Shown piece after piece: positions 56,772 to 64,000 of a stretch of DNA of 64,000 nt; the stretch's first letter is position 1; the number at the start of each line of letters is the position of its first letter. The translations under genes and the position numbers were made by a program. The DNA is from Candidatus Omnitrophota bacterium (GTDB lineage Bacteria > Omnitrophota > Gorgyraeia > Zapsychrales > Zapsychraceae), in NCBI GenBank assembly GCA_035292445.1, contig DATDQB010000001.1, forward strand, positions 7,530 through 71,529. Direction: 5' to 3'. The notes under the pieces are model-generated. The model ran no database searches. It was not told the origin of the DNA and saw only the letters and a list, made by a program, of their open reading frames with translations.

Positions 56772-57351
56772 GGCATTTATTCAAGACATATTTGGCCAAT
56801 ATGTCTGTTTCAACGTTGACCAAGCCGCCTTCTTTTTTAAATCCCAACGTTGTGATGTCTTTGGTGTACGGGATTAAGTAAAACGAAAAATAATGCTTCC
56901 CCACCGTGCCCACCGTCAGGCTCACTCCATCGACGCAAATCGAGCCTTTGGGGACGATAAAACCGATCAGAGAACGGTTCACGCCGATATGCATTTGAAC
57001 ATAATTCTTACCCTTGATGATCTTTTCGATCTTTCCCACGCCATCGATATGTCCCGTCACAAAATGGCCGCTGATGCGGTCGCTTAACCTTAACGCCCGC
57101 TCCAGATTGACCTTGTCTTTGGGTTTAAGACGCCCCAGCGTGGTTTTATCCAGCGTTTCCTTCATACAATCGAAACACAACACTCCCGCTTTGATCGTTG
57201 TCACGGTGAGGCAAACGCCGCTGACACTGATGCTGTCTCCTTGGCGGATCCCCCGCGCCGCTTTTGAGGCGCGGACGAAAAGCCTCGCGAGATTCGTCAG
57301 CCGCTCGATCCTTTCAATGGTCCCTAATTCTTCAACTATTCCTGAGAACAT
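56764..57351 (-). CDS. ribE: Riboflavin synthase (alpha subunit)
   Basis: MFSGIVEELGTI and the internal duplication typical of riboflavin synthase. Confidence 0.88.
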   Translation of the reverse strand: MFSGIVEELGTIERIERLTNLARLFVRASKAARGIRQGDSISVSGVCLTVTTIKAGVLCFDCMKETLDKTTLGRLKPKDKVNLERALRLSDRISGHFVTGHIDGVGKIEKIIKGKNYVQMHIGVNRSLIGFIVPKGSICVDGVSLTVGTVGKHYFSFYLIPYTKDITTLGFKKEGGLVNVETDILAKYVLNKCHG

Positions 57352-58036
57352 CGGCCGTGATCAAAAGATCAGTTGTGATCTTTTTGACCCCTCTTATTTT
57401 TAATGAAATGGCTTGCCGTATTGATTTAATGTTGCGCCCCACTACCGAACTTAAGCCCCGCCTATCCCCTAATATGCTGGGTGCCACATAAAAATGCATC
57501 TGATCGACCAATTTTTCCTTTAACGCCCCGCCGATAACGGTCGCTCCGCCCTCCAAAAGGATCGCATACACACTGTTACGGACCAATTCTTGGCACAACC
57601 AACGAAGGTTAACGCGGCCGTTTTTTTGAGGGCAAACAATGACAACAATGCCACGGCGCTGGAACTCTTTGACCTTCTTCCCTGGTGCTTTTTCCGTCGT
57701 GGCTACAATGCAACTGCCGGCCGGCATGCCTTGAAATAAACGCGCCCGGGGCGAAACCTTCAACGACGCATCCAAAACGATCTTCTTTAGGACTTTCGCT
57801 TTATTTGTCCCGTTTAATCCCGGGTTATCCTTGAGGACCGTGTTAATCCCGACCATGATCGCATCGAAGTTACTGCGCTGGCTTCGCGCGAACTTCCTGG
57901 AGCCGGCCGAGCTGATCCATTTGGAATCGCCGCTGAAGGTGGCGATCTTGCCATCCAGCGTCTGGGCGCATTTAGCGACGATGAAAGGCAATTTCGTTTT
58001 CTTGAATTTTCTCAAACCCAACCGATGAAAGGACAT
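57332..58036 (-). CDS. ribD: Stand-alone RibD C-terminal reductase domain (5-amino-6-(5-phosphoribosylamino)uracil reductase); no deaminase domain
   Basis: PFIVAKCAQTLDGKIATFSGDSKWISS...FDAIMVGINTVLKDNP. 234 aa. No CMP/dCMP-deaminase zinc motif. Confidence 0.8.
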   Translation of the reverse strand: MSFHRLGLRKFKKTKLPFIVAKCAQTLDGKIATFSGDSKWISSAGSRKFARSQRSNFDAIMVGINTVLKDNPGLNGTNKAKVLKKIVLDASLKVSPRARLFQGMPAGSCIVATTEKAPGKKVKEFQRRGIVVIVCPQKNGRVNLRWLCQELVRNSVYAILLEGGATVIGGALKEKLVDQMHFYVAPSILGDRRGLSSVVGRNIKSIRQAISLKIRGVKKITTDLLITADVLRNS

Positions 58037-58864
58037 TTAACCTTTTCTTTTAGAGCGCTCTTTCAGCTTCTCTACCAACGTATACGGTATGCTTACCTTT
58101 CCGATACAGGTATTCGGCTTAACCACTCCGTGAGCATCAGAGCCCCCGGACATTAAAAGCCGGTGTTTATCGGCCAGCCCTTCATAAAACCGGATAACGG
58201 ACGGCGGCGTATTGGGATAATAGACCTCAAGCCCGTCAAGCCCTTCACGGACCAGCCGCGGGATAATTTCATCCATTTGTGTCACCATCGGATGGGCCAG
58301 GATGCTCACCCCGCCCGCTTTCCTGATCATGGTAATGGCTTCCTGCGGTGTTTGCTTAAATTTGGGAACATAACCCGGGGCATCATCGGCCAAATATTTG
58401 TCGAATGCTTCCTGCATCGAGGCCACCACTCCTTTTTGCTGCATGACCTTCGCCAAATGAGGCCGGCCGATGGACGAAGACGTGGCAACGGCAGCCACTT
58501 CTTCAAAGTCAATATTATCAATGCCCAATGTCTTTAACCTTTTGATCATCTCTTTCATGCGAAGGGAACGTGTTTGGAGGATCTGTTTGACCCGCTCGAT
58601 GAACTCCACGTCGCTTTCATCAAACAAATAACCAAGCACATGGATATCCCGACCATTTAATTCGGTCGATAATTCAACGCCGGCCAAGACCTCGATGCCG
58701 GATTTCTGCGCCGCTTGTCTTGCCCGCGGGATCCCATCGACCGTATCGTGGTCGGTAATGGCGATGCAACCAAGCCTGGCCTGGACGGCTCCTTCAACGA
58801 CCTCCTCCGGAGAGGCGCTGCTGTCCGAAAAATAGGTATGGATATGTAAATCAGCTGCCTTCAT
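58037..58864 (-). CDS. PHP-domain metal-dependent phosphoesterase embedded in the rib operon
   Basis: AADLHIHTYFSDSSASPEEVV...IAITDHDT is the PHP signature. 275 aa. Lies between nusB and ribD. Confidence 0.8.
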   Translation of the reverse strand: MKAADLHIHTYFSDSSASPEEVVEGAVQARLGCIAITDHDTVDGIPRARQAAQKSGIEVLAGVELSTELNGRDIHVLGYLFDESDVEFIERVKQILQTRSLRMKEMIKRLKTLGIDNIDFEEVAAVATSSSIGRPHLAKVMQQKGVVASMQEAFDKYLADDAPGYVPKFKQTPQEAITMIRKAGGVSILAHPMVTQMDEIIPRLVREGLDGLEVYYPNTPPSVIRFYEGLADKHRLLMSGGSDAHGVVKPNTCIGKVSIPYTLVEKLKERSKRKG

Positions 58865-59289
58865 ACCGGATTATTTCCTGTATTAATTTCCGACTTATGG
58901 ATCTTATCTAAAATACCGTTAACGAATTTACTGGATTCCAGATCGCCGTACTTTTTGGCCAGATCAACGGCTTCGTTGATGGTGACTTTGGGAGGAATGT
59001 CGGGGGTAAAAAGAAGTTCAAAAACGCCTAAACGCAAAATGTTGCGGTCGATCACGGCCATGCGCTTGATTTGCCAGTTGGTGGCATATTGGGTGATCTT
59101 CTCATCGATGGTTGCTACGTGCTCCTGGATGCCGCTGGTCAGGCGGTCGCAAAATTCTTTGACCGTACCATCCAAATCATCGCGCTCGCTCCAATAATTC
59201 GCCGCCGAAGTTTTAATGTCCCGCCGCGTGATTTCCGCCTGATAGAGAATTTTTAGAGCACTCTCTCGTGCTAAGGTTCTTTTTCGCAT
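58861..59289 (-). CDS. nusB: Transcription antitermination factor NusB
   Basis: RESALKILYQAEI. 142 aa all-helical protein. Confidence 0.88.
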   Translation of the reverse strand: MRKRTLARESALKILYQAEITRRDIKTSAANYWSERDDLDGTVKEFCDRLTSGIQEHVATIDEKITQYATNWQIKRMAVIDRNILRLGVFELLFTPDIPPKVTINEAVDLAKKYGDLESSKFVNGILDKIHKSEINTGNNPV

Positions 59290-59310
59290 ACGTTTCCAAT
59301 GAACAATTGA

Positions 59311-59799
59311 CTATGTGTTGATCCGCTGCATCAAGTTGGCCATATGAACGGCGGCCACCGCCGCGTCAAGGCCTTTATTGTCCCCTTTTTCCTGTGAACG
59401 TTTTTTGGCTTGTGCCAGGGTGTCCGTTGTCAAAACGGCAAAAATGACCGGCTTTCCCGACATCAACGACGCCTCCATAATACCTCTGGCCGCCCCTTGC
59501 GCCACCAGTTCAAAATGAAATGTCTCTCCCCGGATGACACAACCCAGGCAAATGACGGCGTGAATATTTTTCTTTTTAGCTAACGTGAGCGCCGTGAGCG
59601 GTAATTCATAAGATCCGGGAACCCAACAGACGGTTACATCTTTTTCCCGGACGCCGCATTTCGTTAACTGCGCTAAACACGCCTTCAAAAGCCTTTTGGT
59701 GATAAAACCATTGAACTCAGAGGCAACAATGGCGATCCTTTTGCCACTTCCCTCCGGCCGACTGAACTTTGTTGTTTTTATTCTTACCATTGTCAGCAA
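59311..59799 (-). CDS. ribH: 6,7-dimethyl-8-ribityllumazine synthase
   Basis: RIAIVASEFNGFITKRLL...VPGSYELP is the lumazine synthase signature. Confidence 0.92.
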   Translation of the reverse strand: MLTMVRIKTTKFSRPEGSGKRIAIVASEFNGFITKRLLKACLAQLTKCGVREKDVTVCWVPGSYELPLTALTLAKKKNIHAVICLGCVIRGETFHFELVAQGAARGIMEASLMSGKPVIFAVLTTDTLAQAKKRSQEKGDNKGLDAAVAAVHMANLMQRINT

Positions 59800-59820
59800 A
59801 CTTCCTATGGCAGGAAATGA

Positions 59821-60990
59821 TTAAATGATCTCTTCGACCGGCTCTTTGGGCTGAACGGTCTTATATTTATTTAAGGGAATCCGCTCAACGACTGACAGGC
59901 CAAAGCCTTCCAACCCGACGATCTTACGGGGATTGTTGGTCAGCAAACGGATATGCTTGATCCCCAGATCCACCAAAATCTGGGCGCCGAGCCCATAATG
60001 GCGCAGATCGGGCAGAATCTTAAGATGAGGATTGGCTTTTTTAGGAGAGGTTTCTTGCTGCTCCGCATTGACTTTTCTGATCCGCGTGACAACGCGCTCG
60101 CGGTTTCTCATATAAACCAAAACGCCGGAGCCGTTTTCTTTGATGGCCCGAAAGGCCGATTGCAAGGAGCTTGAACCTTCATAATCAACGCTGCGGAAAG
60201 CGTCATTGATCAAGCTTTCCGAATGGACTTTCACCAAGGTAGGCTTGATAGGATCGATCTCTCCTGACACTAAAGCGACGTGCTCCAGCTCATCCACCTT
60301 AGATCTATATACAAACATCTTAAACTCGCCGTATTCTGTCACAAGGTTTTCTTCAGAAGTACGTTCAACAAGTTTTCGATAAGTCGTTAAATATTCGATC
60401 AAGCTGTCAATCGTGCAGATCTTTAAGTTCTGCGTCTTGGAAAATTTAATAAGGTCATCCGTGCGCGCCATGGTACCGTCTTCATTCATGATTTCGCAAA
60501 TGACGCCGGCGGAATACAATCCGGCGAGCTTCATCAAGTCGACAGATGCCTCGGTATGGCCGGCCCGCACTAAAACACCGCCCCTTTGGGCGCGAAGCGG
60601 AAAGAGATGCCCTGGCGTGACAAGATCGGAAGATTGGGAACGAGAATCAATGAGGACCCGGACGGTCCTGGCTCGGTCGGCGGCCGAAATGCCGGTCGTA
60701 ACCCCCTGGGCCGCATCCACGGATATCGCCCAGCCTGTATCGCATTTTTGGTGCTTGCTGCTTAAATCAACCTTCATGGGATGGAGCCCTAGATCATTAA
60801 GACGATCCGCTTCCATAGGGACACAGACCAATCCGCGGGCTTCTTTGACCATGAAATTTATTTTTTCAGGGGTAATGTGCTCAGCGGCGCATAAAAGATC
60901 ACCTTCATTTTCCCGGCCTTCATCATCCATCACGATGACAAGATGGCCCGCCCTTAAGTCTTCCAACACCTCTTCGATCGTATTAAACAT
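59821..60990 (-). CDS. ribBA: Bifunctional 3,4-dihydroxy-2-butanone-4-phosphate synthase / GTP cyclohydrolase II
   Basis: N-terminal DHBP synthase (MDDEGRENEGDL) and C-terminal GTP cyclohydrolase II. 389 aa. Confidence 0.92.
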   Translation of the reverse strand: MFNTIEEVLEDLRAGHLVIVMDDEGRENEGDLLCAAEHITPEKINFMVKEARGLVCVPMEADRLNDLGLHPMKVDLSSKHQKCDTGWAISVDAAQGVTTGISAADRARTVRVLIDSRSQSSDLVTPGHLFPLRAQRGGVLVRAGHTEASVDLMKLAGLYSAGVICEIMNEDGTMARTDDLIKFSKTQNLKICTIDSLIEYLTTYRKLVERTSEENLVTEYGEFKMFVYRSKVDELEHVALVSGEIDPIKPTLVKVHSESLINDAFRSVDYEGSSSLQSAFRAIKENGSGVLVYMRNRERVVTRIRKVNAEQQETSPKKANPHLKILPDLRHYGLGAQILVDLGIKHIRLLTNNPRKIVGLEGFGLSVVERIPLNKYKTVQPKEPVEEII

Positions 60991-61043
60991 CGACTCGTCC
61001 CCTCTTTAATATAAATATTATTAATTTGAACGTAGATTGGGCT

Positions 61044-61072
61044 ACTATATTCTAAATGTTAAACCTTGTCAA
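61044..61072 (-). promoter_or_regulatory. Near-consensus sigma70 promoter for ribBA
   Basis: On the minus strand: TTGACA, a 17-nt spacer, then TATAGT. About 50 nt upstream of the ribBA ATG. Lies inside the 5-prime end of the track's cinA ORF. Confidence 0.55.
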
Positions 61073-61100
61073 GAATTTTGTCCTAACCTATAATAATCCC

Positions 61101-61568
61101 ATGTCGTTAGAGCATAAAATCATCCGTAAGCTGAGCGCCAAAAGAAAAACACTGGCGGTGGCCGAATCGTGCACGGGCGGACTGTTAGCAAACCGCCTGA
61201 CCGATGTTCCCGGCAGTTCCAAATGCTTTAAATTCGGGCTAGTCGTTTACAGTAACACGGCAAAAATCAAATTTTTAAAAGTAACTCCTTTGACCATTAA
61301 AAAGCATGGAGCGGTCAGCGAGCCGACGGCTCTGGCCATGGCCACAGGAGTGCGAAGACAATTAAAAAGCGATTTTGGCTTAAGCATCACCGGTATTGCT
61401 GGCCCCACCGGAGGATCCCTTCGAAAACCCGTTGGCCTAACCTATATAGCCGTTGCCACCGTAAAAAAAACGTCCTGTCTCAAATATCAATTTCGCGGCT
61501 CGCGTCAAAGAGTCAAATCGCAAGCGGCAACACAGGCTTTGAAACTCTTACTTAAACAAATCGTATGA
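61101..61568 (+). CDS. pncC: CinA C-terminal domain protein (NMN amidohydrolase PncC-like)
   Basis: LAVAESCTGGLLANRLTDVPGSS...SITGIAGPTGGS. The start is probably MSLEHK at 61101 rather than 61056, because the ribBA promoter occupies 61044-61072. Confidence 0.8.
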   Translation: MSLEHKIIRKLSAKRKTLAVAESCTGGLLANRLTDVPGSSKCFKFGLVVYSNTAKIKFLKVTPLTIKKHGAVSEPTALAMATGVRRQLKSDFGLSITGIAGPTGGSLRKPVGLTYIAVATVKKTSCLKYQFRGSRQRVKSQAATQALKLLLKQIV

Positions 61569-62152
61569 GCGAGCAAATCCGCGCTTTCATTGCTGTTGAT
61601 TTAGATAAACCCATCAAGAATCTCATCGCGGATATTCAAAATCATCTGTCTGAAAGCGAATGCCTTGTCAAGTGGGTTGCCCCACAAAGTGCCCATATCA
61701 CCTTAAAATTCCTCGGTGATATCGAAGAACAAACGATCCCAGCGATCAAAGAATACCTGGAGAAGGCGTCTTCGTCCATTGTCCCTACGCATTTTGATGC
61801 CATTCGCGTGGGGGCATTTCCCAACACCGACTTCCCAAGAATCATTTGGCTGGGAATCGAAGAAGATGGCACCATCAGCCAACTCGCGGAAAAGATCGAA
61901 CAAGCACTTGTGCCGTTGGGGTTTGCAAAAGAAGACAGAAAATTCACGCCCCACATCACGATCGGGCGGTTAAGCTCAACTAAAAATTCAAGAAAACTTT
62001 CCCAGTTATTACAGGACTTCCCAACCCTTAAGCCGATAAAACAACCTTTCGATCATGTCAGCTTGTACCAAAGCACGCTCACCTCCCAAGGGCCAATTTA
62101 TGAGCGTTTATTACGAATACCTTTCCCAATTAAAGAAATTAATATTGCATAG
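61565..62152 (+). CDS. thpR: RNA 2-prime,3-prime-cyclic phosphodiesterase (2H family, LigT/ThpR)
   Basis: Two H-x-T-x motifs (HITLKF and HITIGR). 195 aa. Confidence 0.85.
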   Translation: MSEQIRAFIAVDLDKPIKNLIADIQNHLSESECLVKWVAPQSAHITLKFLGDIEEQTIPAIKEYLEKASSSIVPTHFDAIRVGAFPNTDFPRIIWLGIEEDGTISQLAEKIEQALVPLGFAKEDRKFTPHITIGRLSSTKNSRKLSQLLQDFPTLKPIKQPFDHVSLYQSTLTSQGPIYERLLRIPFPIKEINIA

Positions 62153-62194
62153 GAATTTAAATCCCGTAATAATGAAATAAACGCCTTCACGAAC

Positions 62195-62941
62195 ATGAAA
62201 AAGCCCCTCCCAATACATTCCAAAGACATTCTCGCCCTGGCCATTATAACCGTCTTTTCCTTCATTGCTTATTTTTACCTTCTGAGCCTCGTATTAGAAA
62301 TTCCTTTTTTTTCTCTCCTTCAGAAAATCATCAACGCCTTATATGCTCCCCATGCCAATATAATCTTATCAAAACCCGTTGCCGGCATCTTACTGCCCAC
62401 ATGGATTTATTCTCTTCTTCTGATCATGGTTTGTTCGCTTATGTTTTATCAATGCCTAGCCAACCTTCTTAAAAAAAATGCGCCTGCCCTTCCTATCAAA
62501 CAATGGCTACCCTCCATAGGCCTGATCGCTCTGGTATTAATAGCCGGATTACAACAATTCGGGCGAATGCGGCATTTTATCAATGAGGCCACCCTGTACG
62601 TGGGGAAAACCGAAGAGCGAAAAGATTCGATGATCTTTGGGAAAGCGTTCTCATTTATCCAAAGCTCAAAAATGGATTTAAATAAGCCCCTCCAAGGGAT
62701 CCTTCTGACGGACATTGACAAACAGTATAAAGAAGATGTGAACCTTTTTCTCATGGCTTTTTTAAAATACCATTATTATCCGCAGATCACCTTTCCCCTC
62801 GATGGAATGGGAAAAAAGAACTTTGATTGCGTTTTGCTTTATTACAAGAATAATCCTTTAGAATCTATTCCCGAAGGGTTTCACATCCATCGGGCAACTA
62901 ATGATATGAAATATATTCTGGCCGTTAAGGACAGCCCCTAA
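62195..62941 (+). CDS. Hypothetical membrane protein (N-terminal TM domain, C-terminal soluble domain)
   Basis: 248 aa with four predicted TM helices. Its stop overlaps the next ORF's ATG (TAATG). Confidence 0.5.
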   Translation: MKKPLPIHSKDILALAIITVFSFIAYFYLLSLVLEIPFFSLLQKIINALYAPHANIILSKPVAGILLPTWIYSLLLIMVCSLMFYQCLANLLKKNAPALPIKQWLPSIGLIALVLIAGLQQFGRMRHFINEATLYVGKTEERKDSMIFGKAFSFIQSSKMDLNKPLQGILLTDIDKQYKEDVNLFLMAFLKYHYYPQITFPLDGMGKKNFDCVLLYYKNNPLESIPEGFHIHRATNDMKYILAVKDSP

Positions 62942-64000
62942 TGGTCCTATGGATGAAACTCATTTTAAGCCTTCTCATCCCGCTTGGCGCAGGCTACGGT
63001 TTCTTTCAATATCTCTGCCGGCCCATGGTGTTTCCTTTTCTGTTCCAACTGGCTTGCTCTTTCGGTTTGGGCATCGGCTTCGTCGCTTATTGGATGTTAT
63101 TCTTGGGAATCTTTCAGCTGCCTTATAACTTTTGGACAATCGGCGCTCCGTTACTAGGGCTAGGCATATTATTTCTTGCAGTATCCTCAAGATTTTCCCA
63201 ACAACGCCAGCCCATATCCTTTCAGCAAACACAGGCCGATAGGCTCCCCTTCCTATGTTATTTGCTCATCATGGCCTTTATCTGGGTCAATATATATTAT
63301 GTTTTCGCTCGGGCCGTCTCAATGCCCGTTACGGACTATGACGCCTTGGCCACCATTGCCTACAAAGCGAAAGTCATCTACTACTCTAAAACTTTACCGG
63401 ATTTAAGCATGCTCCCCCACGCTTCCTATCCGCTTCTCATACCCTTTAATCAAGCCTGGATCGGATATGTATTAGGGTCATGGAGTAGTATTTATATCAA
63501 AATCATATTCCCCTTTTGCTTATTTTCTTATCTGATCATTCATTATTATTTTCTTTCCTATTTTACAAATAAAAACTGGGCCATTTTCGGGGTCTTTCTT
63601 CTTTTATCATCCAACCTTTTGATCTTTCATGCCACCATCTCTTATCGTGATCTATTTTTGATGTATTTTAACTGCTCGACCATTATCTTTCTGATCCTAT
63701 GGCACCGTACCGGGATCACCTCCCTCTTATGGCTGGCATCCTTATTCGCCGGCTTTGCCAGCTTCACGAAACTAGAAGGCTCTGCTTATTTGCTTATTTA
63801 TTTTCTTATTTTCTATTTTCTCAACAAGATTGGCTCTGCTTCACAAAAAACAAAAAGGACAAAAGACCTATTAATCTTTATCGGACCCGGTCTTGGCTTG
63901 TGCCTTAGTTTCCATATTTACAAATATTTTCATTTTTTTATGAAAAACTCGCAGGCAGGATTTGAAAAGATAGAGCCGACCTTCGCCTTAGAACATTTAT
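62941..64000 (+). CDS. Large polytopic membrane protein, partial (runs off window end); possible GT-C-like glycosyltransferase
   Basis: Manual translation from ATG 62941 (MVLWMKLILSLLIPLGAGYGFF...) is open to the window end, 353 codons, with at least nine hydrophobic segments and Tyr/Phe-rich loops. Absent from the track because it is incomplete. Confidence 0.55.
   Translation, partial: MVLWMKLILSLLIPLGAGYGFFQYLCRPMVFPFLFQLACSFGLGIGFVAYWMLFLGIFQLPYNFWTIGAPLLGLGILFLAVSSRFSQQRQPISFQQTQADRLPFLCYLLIMAFIWVNIYYVFARAVSMPVTDYDALATIAYKAKVIYYSKTLPDLSMLPHASYPLLIPFNQAWIGYVLGSWSSIYIKIIFPFCLFSYLIIHYYFLSYFTNKNWAIFGVFLLLSSNLLIFHATISYRDLFLMYFNCSTIIFLILWHRTGITSLLWLASLFAGFASFTKLEGSAYLLIYFLIFYFLNKIGSASQKTKRTKDLLIFIGPGLGLCLSFHIYKYFHFFMKNSQAGFEKIEPTFALEHL

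Noticed and set aside
60991-61140. Expected FMN riboswitch upstream of ribBA
   Set aside because: The leader is about 50-110 nt and lacks the conserved FMN-element blocks (for example GGATGGG, AGTCCGGATGG-type segments). Only a promoter could be recognised. An Infernal scan would be decisive.
62975-63232. 85-aa minus-strand ORF at the 3-prime end
   Set aside because: Antisense to a long uninterrupted plus-strand membrane-protein ORF (62941 to the window end), which is the better gene model.
1-64000. CRISPR arrays, rRNA genes, IS elements or integrases
   Set aside because: No regularly spaced direct repeats, no rRNA-like conserved blocks and no transposase or phage-integrase ORFs were seen. 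The only recombinase is a XerC/D-type housekeeping gene.

Overview
This 64 kb window is a compact, gene-dense bacterial chromosomal segment. Codon usage, Shine-Dalgarno sites and overlapping start/stop codons of the ATGA/TAATG type all indicate bacteria. Almost every gene from position 1 to about 61,000 is on the minus strand; the only exception is one small ORF at 28922-29269. The last 3 kb switches to the plus strand.

Recognisable content, in coordinate order:
- Two tandem secreted proteins with an FGE/SUMF1 fold (partial at 1-1612, complete at 1602-3179).
- An MSHA/T2SS-like secretin module: TPR protein, secretin, a membrane-anchored accessory protein and an ExeA/MshM-like AAA ATPase.
- A GT2 / DUF2304 / SAM-methyltransferase / GT2 glycosylation cluster and an S41 C-terminal protease.
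- A complete glycine-cleavage operon (gcvT, gcvH, gcvPA, gcvPB) with an adjacent lipoate-protein ligase and uppP.
- A tRNA-Arg(TCG) hotspot flanked by two small YhbQ-like GIY-YIG genes, tRNA-derived repeats and a GC-rich structured element.
- xseAB, a macro-domain protein, a PIF1-like helicase, a CBS-pair protein and a long membrane-anchored coiled-coil protein.
- A small accessory-looking stretch: a frameshifted DUF924 gene, small secreted proteins, an orphan type IV pilin, VanZ, a secreted ComEC-like MBL-fold hydrolase and an orphan receiver domain.
- A near-complete dcw cell-wall/division cluster (mraZ, rsmH, ftsL, ftsI, murE, murF, mraY, murD, ftsW, murG, [HExxH peptidase], murC, ddl, ftsQ, ftsA). 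It has a predicted promoter and a MraZ-box operator, but lacks murB and has no ftsZ after ftsA.
- ribF, truB, nrnA, rbfA, a CCA/poly(A) polymerase-family gene, xerD, ligA, a metallophosphoesterase, acyP and tRNA-Pro(CGG).
- fabZ, fabG, fabF, followed by a riboflavin operon (ribBA, ribH, nusB, PHP phosphoesterase, stand-alone RibD reductase domain, ribE).
- On the plus strand: a CinA C-terminal (PncC) domain, thpR and two membrane proteins, the last running off the window.

No CRISPR array, rRNA gene or integrase-bearing prophage was seen. All identifications rest on reading the translated ORFs and the raw sequence. No database search was run.
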